The notes below the pieces were generated by a model. That model was not told the origin of the DNA, did not search any database, and saw nothing but the letters and a program-made list of their open reading frames with translations. 64,000 nucleotides of DNA from Candidatus Heimdallarchaeota archaeon (GTDB taxonomy: Archaea; Asgardarchaeota; Heimdallarchaeia; Heimdallarchaeales; Heimdallarchaeaceae), in contig JABCTC010000005.1 in the NCBI GenBank assembly GCA_018238545.1, positions 1 to 64,000 of the forward strand. The letters are read 5' to 3'. Positions within the stretch are counted from its first letter, which is position 1. Each line of letters starts with the position of its first letter. Positions 28,066-38,177 of this stretch are shown in pieces. The position numbers and the translations under genes are program-made.

Positions 28066-28764
28066 ATGACCGATGAGATAAAGCATTATGCAACAGGTTC
28101 AGTTATCCCATTAGGAGATGGGTTCACTGGTAAGTCTGTGCTGTCACGCCTAATTATTGATCCTAAGCTTTCTGATGAAAAACTTAATCATATTCTACTC
28201 AGAACAAGAAAGTCTTACAATATTGAAATTGAATTCAGCAGCGAAGAAATTATTACAGAAGATCAACCAGTAATAACAACTTTGCAATTTTATGTGTTCC
28301 CAGGACAAAGACAAAAAATCTCTGAAAAAAGTACAACCTTTGATGAAATACTCGATTTTTTTGATTGTTTTCCAGTTCTGCTAAAAGTCTCAGTTTTGCT
28401 GCTAATCTATGATGTAACTAAAGAAACCACTCTCCAATCTCTTGAGATGTGGTTGCGTTTTGCACTAGTAAAAGATTGGATATACAAAGACACCCTGATT
28501 ATACTGGTTTCAAATAAAACAGATCTCGAACCTGCTAACGATGACACAATCAACCTAGTAAAGGACACAATATACGGTTACATACAAGATCATGAATTAC
28601 CAGTTGAAAAAGAACAGATAAAATCCATAAAAACTTCATGTGTAAGGATGGAGGGAATTGAAGAATTAAGAAAAATGGCTTTAGAATGGATTGCAGAGAG
28701 AGGAATAAGAGGGGTAGGAATAAGAGATATAGAGAATCTTGGAGAAAAAGAGAAAAAAGAATAG
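28066..28764 (+). CDS. Divergent Ras/Rab-like small GTPase
   Basis: G1 GDGFTGKS, atypical G3 VFPGQ, LLIYDVT...TLQSL..W, G4 NKTD, G5 TSC...GIEEL; GGAGG RBS. Confidence 0.8.
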   Translation: MTDEIKHYATGSVIPLGDGFTGKSVLSRLIIDPKLSDEKLNHILLRTRKSYNIEIEFSSEEIITEDQPVITTLQFYVFPGQRQKISEKSTTFDEILDFFDCFPVLLKVSVLLLIYDVTKETTLQSLEMWLRFALVKDWIYKDTLIILVSNKTDLEPANDDTINLVKDTIYGYIQDHELPVEKEQIKSIKTSCVRMEGIEELRKMALEWIAERGIRGVGIRDIENLGEKEKKE

Positions 28765-28985
28765 ATTTTCACCCCACCATATTAGAAGAGTAGGTTACAT
28801 TCATACTTGGAATGATTCTGTCAAATAGAGCTTTTCTAACAAGGTGGTCATTATTAGAAGGTACCGCCCATTGCACTATTTTGCAACAAAAAAGAAATGA
28901 AAATAACCACTACTAATAAACTTCACAGAGTAGTACAATTAGATTTGATAGACGCTTTTTTATATTTGAGATAATATGCAAATGT

Positions 28986-30260
28986 ATGAATGGAGCTAGT
29001 TCTAAGCTTTGTTTCTATTGTGTTGAATACAAAAAAGTGGCTAAGGATTATCCCTTAAACTATGCTTTTGTTGACCATGAAGAGATTACACCAAGATGTT
29101 ACTTGCACTGGCAATATGAATGTAGCAATTGCAAAAACATGACACATTTTAATGGGATCGCTTGGTGTTCCGATTGTAAAGAGTTCACTTGCTTAAGCTG
29201 TGCTGATGAACATATGGTCAAAAAGAAGTTTTTAGTCTATGATTATTACTATACAATTGATTGCAAAAAATGCAATAAACCAAATCCAGCTCTAGATTAT
29301 GCAGAATTTGAAGGTTCTCACCCTTTTCAAATTGGAAATTTAGTTCCTATAGAAGATGTTGTAGTCTGGATGCCGATTCATCCAGAAGAAGCTGTTTCCG
29401 ATCAATTTCCAAATCCTACATGGGGAGCTAATAGAGTAGAAAATATGGGTAACATTAATACTATAACTAGATTAGAATCGTTAGAAAAAGCAGATCCAAA
29501 ATCAGTTTGGGATGCAAATGCTCCTAATTGGGCTAAAAATTGGTCTGAAGGAGGAGATTTTAATCATAAATACTTCATAATTCCTGAAGTCCTTAGATTG
29601 CTAGACGTGAAGGAAGCGGAAAAGGTTCTAGATGTTGCTTGTGGTGAAGGAACAGTAGCACGTCATTTAGCAAATAAAGGAGCACGAGTAACGGGAATAG
29701 ATTATTCTAATATGATCGATTATGCAACAAAGAGAGAGTGTGAAGAAAGATCAGGGATAAACTACCTAAAAAGTGATTCTCTAAAAATTTCTGAAACATT
29801 CGGTAAAGAATCTTTTGATAAAATAGTTTGTAACATGGCCCTCATGGACATTGAGAATTATAAATCATTGCTCAAACAAATATCAGAGGTATTGAGAGAA
29901 AGCGGTACTTTTGTCTTTAGCATAACGCACCCATGTTTCGCAGTTCCAACTACAACAACTGTAAGAATCCCTAAAGATAGTCAAAGAAATGAAGATAAAA
30001 TACGGATTGTAAAAAATTACTTCGAGAAAAAACCTACATTAGTGCAAGGGAAAAGTGGTTCTGTCAATTTACTATATTTCCAAAGAACAATTAGTGATTA
30101 TATCAATGCTTTACAAGAAGTAAATATGGTTATTACTGAGATGAGTGAACCTCAAGCCTCTGAGGAATTGAAAGAAAAATTTCCACGAGACACATATCTT
30201 GACATGGAACTCGTTCCTTATTTCCTAATTGTAAAAGTGAAAAAAGCTAGTGAATTATAA
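28986..30260 (+). CDS. Multi-Cys zinc-finger domain fused to a class I SAM methyltransferase
   Basis: N-terminal CxxC, CxxH and four more CxxC; C-terminal VLDVACGEG, FDKIVCNMAL, FSITHPCF. Confidence 0.85.
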   Translation: MNGASSKLCFYCVEYKKVAKDYPLNYAFVDHEEITPRCYLHWQYECSNCKNMTHFNGIAWCSDCKEFTCLSCADEHMVKKKFLVYDYYYTIDCKKCNKPNPALDYAEFEGSHPFQIGNLVPIEDVVVWMPIHPEEAVSDQFPNPTWGANRVENMGNINTITRLESLEKADPKSVWDANAPNWAKNWSEGGDFNHKYFIIPEVLRLLDVKEAEKVLDVACGEGTVARHLANKGARVTGIDYSNMIDYATKRECEERSGINYLKSDSLKISETFGKESFDKIVCNMALMDIENYKSLLKQISEVLRESGTFVFSITHPCFAVPTTTTVRIPKDSQRNEDKIRIVKNYFEKKPTLVQGKSGSVNLLYFQRTISDYINALQEVNMVITEMSEPQASEELKEKFPRDTYLDMELVPYFLIVKVKKASEL

Positions 30261-31049
30261 TTTCAGCTTTAAAACTATAGGACAATGATCTGAACCCATT
30301 ACATCAGACAGCATGTAAGCATCTGTAAGCTTATCTTCCAAATCCTTTGAAACAAAGAAATAGTCGATTCGCCATCCAACGTTTCTATCTCGTGCACCAA
30401 TATTTCTCATAGACCACCAAGTATAGTGCTCAGGGCCTTTGTTAAATTTTCTAAAAGAGTCTATAAAACCTGCTGCGATTAATCTGTCAATCCATTCCCG
30501 CTCTTCTTCAAGAAATCCAGATATATTTTCATTAGCTTTAGCATGAGTTAAATCAATTTCAGCATGAGCTGTATTGACATCTCCACAAATGATAATTGAT
30601 TTACCTTCCTCTTTCAATTTTATAACATAGTCTAGAAAAGCATCGTAAAAATCCATTTTGTAATGTAATCTTTCTTTGTTCAATTTTCCATTTGGGAAAT
30701 ATACATTGAATAATATAAAATTGCTAAATTCCGTTTCTACAACTCTTCCTTCAACATCGAATTTTTCTATTCCGAGATTGTTATTTACTCTAACAGGCTT
30801 AGTTTTAGAGTATGTAGCTACACCACTATAACCTTTTCTTTCAGCTGAATGCCAATAACTTTTGTAACCTTGAGGACTGAGTATATTGTCTGAGAGTTGA
30901 TTAATTTGAGCTTTTGTCTCTTGTATACACAAAAGATCAGGAGATGTTTTATTCAACCAATCGTTGAATTTCAGGTTCTCATGCACTTCTTTTTTTGATA
31001 CTGCTCGAATGCCATTAACATTCCATGAAATCAATGTTATTTCACTCAT
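30255..31049 (-). CDS. xth: Exodeoxyribonuclease III (AP endonuclease)
   Basis: SWNVNGIRA, LCIQETK, GYSGVA, VYFPNG, CGDVNTAH, GWRIDYF, GSDHCP. Confidence 0.97.
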   Translation of the reverse strand: MSEITLISWNVNGIRAVSKKEVHENLKFNDWLNKTSPDLLCIQETKAQINQLSDNILSPQGYKSYWHSAERKGYSGVATYSKTKPVRVNNNLGIEKFDVEGRVVETEFSNFILFNVYFPNGKLNKERLHYKMDFYDAFLDYVIKLKEEGKSIIICGDVNTAHAEIDLTHAKANENISGFLEEEREWIDRLIAAGFIDSFRKFNKGPEHYTWWSMRNIGARDRNVGWRIDYFFVSKDLEDKLTDAYMLSDVMGSDHCPIVLKLKL

Positions 31050-31275
31050 ATGACATAAATTATTAGAATTCTATCTTAAATGTTGTGAGTAATGTTTGAT
31101 GAGCTTTAACCATTTGGTTTAATCGATTCACTTTCAAATACAGAGATGAAATCAAATGCATTACCTAGTATAAGCATAAGTTTACAGATTATCCCAAGAA
31201 GTTAAACACTTTTCTTTATTAATTAAACATATGCTTAATAAAAAGGCTAGATATTATAAGTTAGGTGCAAAAAAA

Positions 31276-31401
31276 ATGGCAGCAAAAATAAAAACCGGAA
31301 AAACAGAAAAAGATCACGTATTAATAGCTAGATTAGCCAGAAAACATTCAATTGTTGAACAATTAACAGTAGCAGTTAAAAATGGTTACATGGCGTACTA
31401 G
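31276..31401 (+). CDS. Small basic 41-aa protein (unannotated)
   Basis: MAAKIKTGKTEKDHVLIARLARKHSIVEQLTVAVKNGYMAY; AGGTG RBS-like motif, upstream TATA-like elements, downstream T-rich tract. Confidence 0.55.
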   Translation: MAAKIKTGKTEKDHVLIARLARKHSIVEQLTVAVKNGYMAY

Positions 31402-31473
31402 CTTCTTTCTATCTTTCTTTTAAGTATTATTTAATATTTTGAATTAGACTATTAAATTAAAAAATGAAGGGTC

Positions 31474-32805
31474 TTAGTCGGTTTCCAAGGTTTTGTCCTC
31501 AAATTTTTTCTTGAATAAATCGTAATCGCCGAGCAACATTATTGGTAAAGCAATTATTAGAAATACTGTGACTATTGGTCCAATCCATATTAAATCAAAA
31601 TTAGACCCTTGAGAAAGCAGATATCCCACTAAAATGAACCCTCCAGCTTGTGCGATATTGGTAGGTATACTTTTGAATCCGGTATAGACCCCAGACCTAT
31701 TCTGCTGTGTATCTTTCTCATCCTTATCCGCAATGTCAGCAATAATAACATAAGGGAATAGAAAAGCTGCTGACATTCCAAAAACAGCAAAAAAGCCAAA
31801 AGTATAACCTTGTATAATTAAAGGAACTAAAGGTATTTTCCCAACTATTAGTGTTAATGGCATCCAGACTAAGAGAAAGCTATATGAAATTATCAATGCG
31901 ATTTTTATTCCTTTCTTCTTTGAAACAACGGACCACGTATAGAATCCTATGACCATTGCTACAAACATTAAAACTGCAAAAATGAAATTATCAAGTGTGG
32001 TATTAAATCCTAGCACATTATGCACGAAATCCAACATTAGAACAGACATAAGTGTAATTCCAATACTCAGAATCGCATAACTTATCATCCAGATAACATA
32101 GTTTTTGTTCTTCAAGGCTACTTTCAATTCTTTCCATATGTTTTTCTTTTCTGTTGCTACATGTTTCTCTTTTATGGAAACCAAAGCTGGAATAAACATA
32201 AGAATTTCAACAACAGAAAAAAGTATTGCGAATAATAGTAAAACTAGTGCTGCATCTCCGACTACTCCACCGGATTCTTGAATAGTGCCAGCCATAAGTA
32301 AAGAGAATCCAGCACCTACTGCACCACCAAACAGATTGGTGACATTCATAATTGCTGAAACACCTACTCTTTCTTCATGTTTAGTTAGTTCAGGTAGCCA
32401 AGATTGATACGGAGTCAGTAGAAAACCGTAGAAGAAATGAAATAATGAATTCCAGATTAGTAGCCATAAAAATATTCCAGTTTGGCTTTCATTTGGAATG
32501 ATAAAGTGGGGAAGAAATAGCATTGTAAACGAAAGACCTAGTAATGGAGCACCTATCAAAATGAAAAGTTTTCTTCGTCCATATTTAGACTTGGAAGATG
32601 ATAGAGAGTCAGAAACAAAGCCAAAGAAAAAGGATGATATACCTATAACTAGCTTTCCTACAGCATTTCCAATACCATTTAACATCGGATCCAAATCTAT
32701 TGTATTACTATACATCCAAAAAGTTGCTAAAAATACAACGTTTAATAGGATAGTTGTTCCAAAACGACAAATTCCATAATAGATTTTTTGGCGAAATGTA
32801 AGCAT
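31474..32805 (-). CDS. MFS transporter, GPH/MelB-like
   Basis: About 12 TM segments; SD.....SKYGRRK, TPYQSWLPELT...ER, IADIAD......RSGVY.G. Confidence 0.88.
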   Translation of the reverse strand: MLTFRQKIYYGICRFGTTILLNVVFLATFWMYSNTIDLDPMLNGIGNAVGKLVIGISSFFFGFVSDSLSSSKSKYGRRKLFILIGAPLLGLSFTMLFLPHFIIPNESQTGIFLWLLIWNSLFHFFYGFLLTPYQSWLPELTKHEERVGVSAIMNVTNLFGGAVGAGFSLLMAGTIQESGGVVGDAALVLLLFAILFSVVEILMFIPALVSIKEKHVATEKKNIWKELKVALKNKNYVIWMISYAILSIGITLMSVLMLDFVHNVLGFNTTLDNFIFAVLMFVAMVIGFYTWSVVSKKKGIKIALIISYSFLLVWMPLTLIVGKIPLVPLIIQGYTFGFFAVFGMSAAFLFPYVIIADIADKDEKDTQQNRSGVYTGFKSIPTNIAQAGGFILVGYLLSQGSNFDLIWIGPIVTVFLIIALPIMLLGDYDLFKKKFEDKTLETD

Positions 32806-32985
32806 ATTGCAGCCTCCGAGTTTTTTCCGTTTTAAAACAACTTTGTCAGATAGTTCGTTGAGTTATATAAAATTATGCAAAAAAGAATAGAAAAATTTTG
32901 AGCAGTAAAACAGTAACTAGTGAAAATATTCTTATATTGAATTTATTCCACTATTATTCAACAAAAATAATTATGTTGTGTTTAC

Positions 32986-33870
32986 ATGTCCAATGAAGAA
33001 ATCCAAAAAATAACCAAACAATTAGAAAACAAAAATCCTGCTATGAGACAATTAGCACTAGAACAATTATCGTCTCACAAACAAGATCATACTGCTATGA
33101 ATCTAATAATTCGAACTCTACAAGATGAAGATAAAGGTGTCCGAACCTTTGCAGCGGAGATTTTAGGAGATATTGAAGATCGACATGCATTGATTGCGCT
33201 AACACACATTTTAGAGGATAAAGACTGGGAGGTAAGACAAGCAGCTATAGGTTCGTTTGGGAAACATAAGAATCCTGAAACTATTCCATTTCTCGTACAA
33301 TCTTTAAGAGATGAACACCCACAAGTCAGGTATTCAGCAGCAAAAGAATTGAAAAAATTTGATAGCCCATCCATGATAGAACCTCTTTTTGATATGTTAA
33401 AAGATGGTACAGATTCAGTTAGGGAAGAAGCTAAATCCACTTTATTGAATTTCCAAGTCAAGGTGCCTGCATCATTAATTGCACGTTTTATCTTAGACCT
33501 CAATAAAACAGTAAAAGAAGTTGCGGTTGAATTTCTTACTACTAGAGTAGAAGGAAACCCCCTTCCACATTTGGAGAAAGCTTTAGAAGATAAAGAATGG
33601 TCTATACGTCTTCTAGTTCTTACAGAGTTAGGGAAGATAATTGAAAAAGAAGAGATTCAAGACTCTAAAATCTTGCAAATGAATCTTAAAATCTTGGATG
33701 ATGAAAATGCTAGGGTTAGATTTGAGGGTTTAAAAAATCTTAAAGAATTAAATGATATTTCAACGATTGATAAGCTAGGTGAGATCGCTAGAAATGATGA
33801 AGATTCAAATAATAGATTAATGGCTACTGAAACCATGACGTTTATCCGAAGGTCGGTAAGACTAGAATGA
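32986..33870 (+). CDS. HEAT/PBS-repeat protein
   Basis: Repeated L.D.D..VR..AA..LG units. Confidence 0.9.
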   Translation: MSNEEIQKITKQLENKNPAMRQLALEQLSSHKQDHTAMNLIIRTLQDEDKGVRTFAAEILGDIEDRHALIALTHILEDKDWEVRQAAIGSFGKHKNPETIPFLVQSLRDEHPQVRYSAAKELKKFDSPSMIEPLFDMLKDGTDSVREEAKSTLLNFQVKVPASLIARFILDLNKTVKEVAVEFLTTRVEGNPLPHLEKALEDKEWSIRLLVLTELGKIIEKEEIQDSKILQMNLKILDDENARVRFEGLKNLKELNDISTIDKLGEIARNDEDSNNRLMATETMTFIRRSVRLE

Positions 33871-33949
33871 TATTTGCATGATAACACCATCATTTTTCTC
33901 ACTACTTTTCCCCTAAAATTTTTATATAGTCTTCTTATCAGCAAATTAT

Positions 33950-34198
33950 ATGAAGCCACCAATGTGCACAATATGTTATAAAGAATTTCTAGATACTGAG
34001 GAAGGCGGTTTAGTTTACTTTCAAAAACGAAGTAGTGATGAAAGATGGATTAATGTTATGAAAGAAGAAAGTATGCAAGGTCATCCACCCTTCGCAGAAT
34101 GGTTCTGTGCAGAGCATTACGAGGCTGCAAAAGAGTTGAAAGAACTCACTATAGATGAAGCTATGAAAATTCTAAAGGAAAAATATCCAACGAGTTGA
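33950..34198 (+). CDS. Small CxxC...CxxH protein, tandem copy 1
   Basis: MKPPMCTIC...GGLVYF...HPPFAEWFCAEH. Confidence 0.8.
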   Translation: MKPPMCTICYKEFLDTEEGGLVYFQKRSSDERWINVMKEESMQGHPPFAEWFCAEHYEAAKELKELTIDEAMKILKEKYPTS

Positions 34199-34202
34199 TT
34201 TT

Positions 34203-34433
34203 ATGAAGCCACCTGTATGTGTAATTTGTGATGTAAGGTTTGATCCTCAAAAAGAAGGAGGGGTAGTTAATTTTGCTAAACGGGAAGGGGATATTGAGTG
34301 GGATAAAAAGAAAATAGTTGAACATCCTCCATATGCAGAATGGTTCTGTGGAAGGCATTTTGATTATGCAGAAAGTTTATCGGAACTTACTAAAAACATA
34401 GCTATGCCAAAAATAAAAGAGCGATTTATTTAG
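34203..34433 (+). CDS. Small CxxC...CxxH protein, tandem copy 2
   Basis: MKPPVCVIC...GGVVNF...HPPYAEWFCGRH; clear paralog of the upstream ORF. Confidence 0.8.
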   Translation: MKPPVCVICDVRFDPQKEGGVVNFAKREGDIEWDKKKIVEHPPYAEWFCGRHFDYAESLSELTKNIAMPKIKERFI

Positions 34434-34610
34434 AAAGAGAAAATTGTATACTCAAAATTAACAATTTTCTAAATTTACTAAATATTTTCCAGAAAAAAGG
34501 CAATTAAGGATTATTGACTGGAAAGAAGTGCCAAACAAACAGTGTTTAAACAAACTTCGTGTCATTACCACAGTAGTAAATTTATTATTCTATTGCAGCA
34601 TATTAAATAA

Positions 34611-36569
34611 TTGAGGCTTTTGAATCTGAGCACCTACCCTAGAGCAAACTTTGAACATGTACGGAAGCTAATTAGTGAAGGAAAGTATGAAGAAGCCTTA
34701 AAAAACTTGAAAAGTATTCAAAAGAAGGGAGATTTGGAAGAGAAGAAGCTGATAAATTGCCAGATTCTCAAAAGTGAGATATATAATAAAACAGGCAAAT
34801 ATGAAAAAGCTCTGAATTTAGCAGAAGAAGCTCTTGAGAAATGCAAGGATCCTGACGACTGTTTAGCTATTCTAGATGCAACAAATGAAACAGCTTATTC
34901 CTATTGGCGATTAGGTAAACTCGAAGAAGCTAAAAAAATACTTGATAAAAATAAACAAATTATTAAAAAATTAAAAGGCCAAAAAATAGGATCTGTTATA
35001 CAAAGAGAAGCTAGAACTTACAGAATAAAAGGAGTACTTTATCATACAGAAGGTAATTTTGAAGAGGCAGAGAAATATTACAGAAAAAGCCTCTCTTTAT
35101 GGGAAAAAATTGGAGATAAGCAAGAAATAAGTTCGATTTTTAATAATCTTGGAGTTCTAAATAGATCAAAAGGAGAGCTTCACAAAGCCTTAGGGTATTA
35201 TCAAAAAAGTTTGTTTCTTTACAAAGAGTTTGGTAACATAGATGATATCGCTACATCTCTAAACAACATAGGGAATATATTTCGCTATCAGGGAGAGTTA
35301 GATGAAGCATTAAGTTACTATAAACAAAGTCTTGATAGTTGGGAAGAAATTGGCAATAGTCAATTTGTTAGTTTAGCTTTTTACAATATTGGAGAAGTCT
35401 ATCAACAAAAAGGGAAGTTTGATACAGCTATACGTTATTTCAAGCAAAGTCTCTCATTGAGAGAGGAGATAGGAAATAAGCAAGATATAGCTATGACTTT
35501 ATTTTATTTAATTTCGGCTTCTTTGGATTCAAACAATACAAAAAGTGCACAAAGATATTTAGATAGATTAAGATATATAGAATCTTCTAAAAAGAATTCT
35601 TTTGTCAGTCAGTTACGAAAAATTGCTGAGGCAACTCTTTTAAAAACGAGTCCGAGGATGAAACATCGAGTCGAAGCTCAAGAACTTCTTCAGAAAGTAC
35701 TTGAAGAAGAAATTGTTGATCATTCATTAACAGTTATTGCGTTAATTGGATTAAGTGAATTACTTCTAGATGAGCTTAAGATTTCAGGAGATCAAGAGAT
35801 TTTTACGCTTCTCCAAGCTATGGTAAGCAGTCTGTTTGATATAGCAAAACATCAAGATTCTCACAATTTACTAGCGAAAACTTACTGGTTACAGAGCCAA
35901 ATAGCCTTAGTTGATTTAGACTTAGAAAAGGCAAGAGAATTACTGAATAAAGCTCAAGAAATTGCAGAAAGAAAGGGATTACGCAAATTAGCTATTAGTA
36001 TTTCAAGCGATCACGATTCTTTATTGAACCAATTGAGTGAATGGGAGAATTTGATTAACAAAAAAGTAGGGCTGAAAGAAAGAATAGAGCTTGCTCAGCT
36101 TGGTGGTCTGGTTGTAAAACTGATCAAGAACGGAAATTCTGGTGCTACAGAAATTATTAATGAAGAACCTGTTCTACTTATTGTCTTATCTGAGAATGGA
36201 ACACCCCTATATACAAAGAATTACGTTGAAGGTAGTCAATTTGATGGAGTCTTGATTGGAGGATTTCTTGCAGCAATAATTAAATTTAGCCAAGAAACAT
36301 TCGCAAGTGAGGGATCAATTGAAAGGATTAAACATCAAGAGTACACTTTACTAGTAAAAGCAAAGAAGCCATTTCTTTTTAGTTATGTAATTAAAGGACA
36401 AACCTATTCAGCAATGCAAAAGTTAGAAGCTCTAACTAGAATTATAGGAACATCGACATCTATATGGGAAGATCTACTAAGAGCAATAAAAACATCAAAA
36501 CCGATTTCGGTGGCCTCTAGAAATATGATTGATGAATTAGCTAAAATGGTCTTTCCCAGCAAAGCTTAG
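34611..36569 (+). CDS. TPR-repeat protein with C-terminal longin-like domain
   Basis: Multiple NN(L/I)G..Y...G....AL.YY.KSL repeats; C-terminal VLLIVLSENGTPLY...LIGGFLAAI..FS.E.F...I. Confidence 0.85.
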   Translation: MRLLNLSTYPRANFEHVRKLISEGKYEEALKNLKSIQKKGDLEEKKLINCQILKSEIYNKTGKYEKALNLAEEALEKCKDPDDCLAILDATNETAYSYWRLGKLEEAKKILDKNKQIIKKLKGQKIGSVIQREARTYRIKGVLYHTEGNFEEAEKYYRKSLSLWEKIGDKQEISSIFNNLGVLNRSKGELHKALGYYQKSLFLYKEFGNIDDIATSLNNIGNIFRYQGELDEALSYYKQSLDSWEEIGNSQFVSLAFYNIGEVYQQKGKFDTAIRYFKQSLSLREEIGNKQDIAMTLFYLISASLDSNNTKSAQRYLDRLRYIESSKKNSFVSQLRKIAEATLLKTSPRMKHRVEAQELLQKVLEEEIVDHSLTVIALIGLSELLLDELKISGDQEIFTLLQAMVSSLFDIAKHQDSHNLLAKTYWLQSQIALVDLDLEKARELLNKAQEIAERKGLRKLAISISSDHDSLLNQLSEWENLINKKVGLKERIELAQLGGLVVKLIKNGNSGATEIINEEPVLLIVLSENGTPLYTKNYVEGSQFDGVLIGGFLAAIIKFSQETFASEGSIERIKHQEYTLLVKAKKPFLFSYVIKGQTYSAMQKLEALTRIIGTSTSIWEDLLRAIKTSKPISVASRNMIDELAKMVFPSKA

Positions 36570-36632
36570 GGTAGCAGTATTTTGTTTGACGCTTTAGAAA
36601 ACTTAATTACTTAAGGTAAGTTCATATTTAAC

Positions 36633-37076
36633 ATGTCTTTAAAAGAAGAATTACAAAGATTCACTAAAAATCCATGGGGAATTGGTGTTATAATATCTTG
36701 GATACTCCTAATCGTATTTTCTCTATATTATATGATTTGGTCGTTCATTATAGCTGCACTTCCATTCTCTGGGATAAACGTGTTAATGGGATTAATTCAA
36801 TTATTAGTACTTGGTTCAGCTGTTTTATATCTACTAACATATCTCATTGAACCCAAGGTCAATTATGACAGTATATTATTATACAAAGTGTTTTCATTCG
36901 TACCTTTAGGTATTATCTATCTAATAGCAGTGTTAGCAGGATATCTTACCTTCGTAACACTTCTGTGGCCATATTCTACAATGTTTTTAGCAAGTATAGG
37001 GATTATTTTATGTACCTATTATTATCTAAAGAAGAAAGATGAAACATCTGTAGCTACAGCAGAAGAAGAAATATAA
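36633..37076 (+). CDS. Four-TM hypothetical membrane protein
   Basis: Four hydrophobic segments; own intergenic spacers. Confidence 0.75.
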   Translation: MSLKEELQRFTKNPWGIGVIISWILLIVFSLYYMIWSFIIAALPFSGINVLMGLIQLLVLGSAVLYLLTYLIEPKVNYDSILLYKVFSFVPLGIIYLIAVLAGYLTFVTLLWPYSTMFLASIGIILCTYYYLKKKDETSVATAEEEI

Positions 37077-37195
37077 AAATAAATAGATGATTTCACTAAG
37101 ATATAATAATAATTATTGTTATTAATCCTTTTTTTTAAATAACTTTTTAATGTTTTTTTACAATACATATTATAAGTATTTGAAACGGGGATTAA

Positions 37196-38173
37196 ATGAA
37201 AACAAAAATTAATCGTTACAGTCTATTGATAATTTTTATAGCGAGTTTAGTAATAAGTAATATAGCGATTACAACTTCAACTGCTGTATTAACCCAACCA
37301 ATCATTGCGGACCATACAATTGTAAACATAGTTCGTTATGACCAAATACCTGAATCAGCGATTATCTATGCTAAAAATACCCTTCACATTGCTTATGAGC
37401 ACACATCTCATGGTTCTCAAATACCTGGTGGGATGGCACCATTAGCTGCTTTTAAAGAAGGGGGTGGCGGAACAGTGGGGCTGTATTCTTATAACAGTAC
37501 TTTCCTCCATGACGATGCTATGGCAAGTTATGCTGCTTCGGCTGCAGATTTGGGTTATGCAGATTGGGCAGAAGCTACAAGAAATTATCTAGAAGATCCT
37601 GCAAACGCTGATTGTAATGTGATAATGTGGTCATGGTGTGGTCAAGTAAACGACTATTTAGGTCAAACCATGATAGATCATTACCTAGGTCCAATGTCTC
37701 AACTTGAAACAGACTTTCCTGATGTGATGTTTGTGTATATGACTGGTCATGTTGAGGGGTTAGGGATAGGTGGTAGCGTTTGGCTCAGTAATGAACAAAT
37801 AAGAAATCATTGCAAAGACAATAACAAGATACTTTTTGATTTTGCTGATATCGAATCCTATGACCCAGATGGAAATTATTATGGTGACAAAAATGTAACT
37901 GACAGCTGCAGCTGGTACAATGAGACACATAATGGCAATTGGGCTTTAGATTGGCAAGCAACACATACTGAAGGTGTTGACTGGTATGACTGCGTCTGTG
38001 CTCATAGTCAAGCATTAAATGGAAACTTGAAAGCTTATGCAATCTGGTGGTTATGGGCAAAACTTGCAGGATGGAGCCCCACAGTAAACGAAAGTATCGC
38101 AGCTGTACCAATCATAAGTGTCATAGCTGTATCTATTGCAATAATGGTTCTAAAGAAATATGGTGAAAAATAG
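37196..38173 (+). CDS. Secreted, C-terminally anchored protein (possible SGNH-like hydrolase fold)
   Basis: Signal peptide; HTSHGSQ, MWSWCGQ, YMTGH, FDFADIESYDPDG, CAHS..LN; C-terminal TM plus KK. Confidence 0.7.
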   Translation: MKTKINRYSLLIIFIASLVISNIAITTSTAVLTQPIIADHTIVNIVRYDQIPESAIIYAKNTLHIAYEHTSHGSQIPGGMAPLAAFKEGGGGTVGLYSYNSTFLHDDAMASYAASAADLGYADWAEATRNYLEDPANADCNVIMWSWCGQVNDYLGQTMIDHYLGPMSQLETDFPDVMFVYMTGHVEGLGIGGSVWLSNEQIRNHCKDNNKILFDFADIESYDPDGNYYGDKNVTDSCSWYNETHNGNWALDWQATHTEGVDWYDCVCAHSQALNGNLKAYAIWWLWAKLAGWSPTVNESIAAVPIISVIAVSIAIMVLKKYGEK

Positions 38174-38177
38174 ATAC

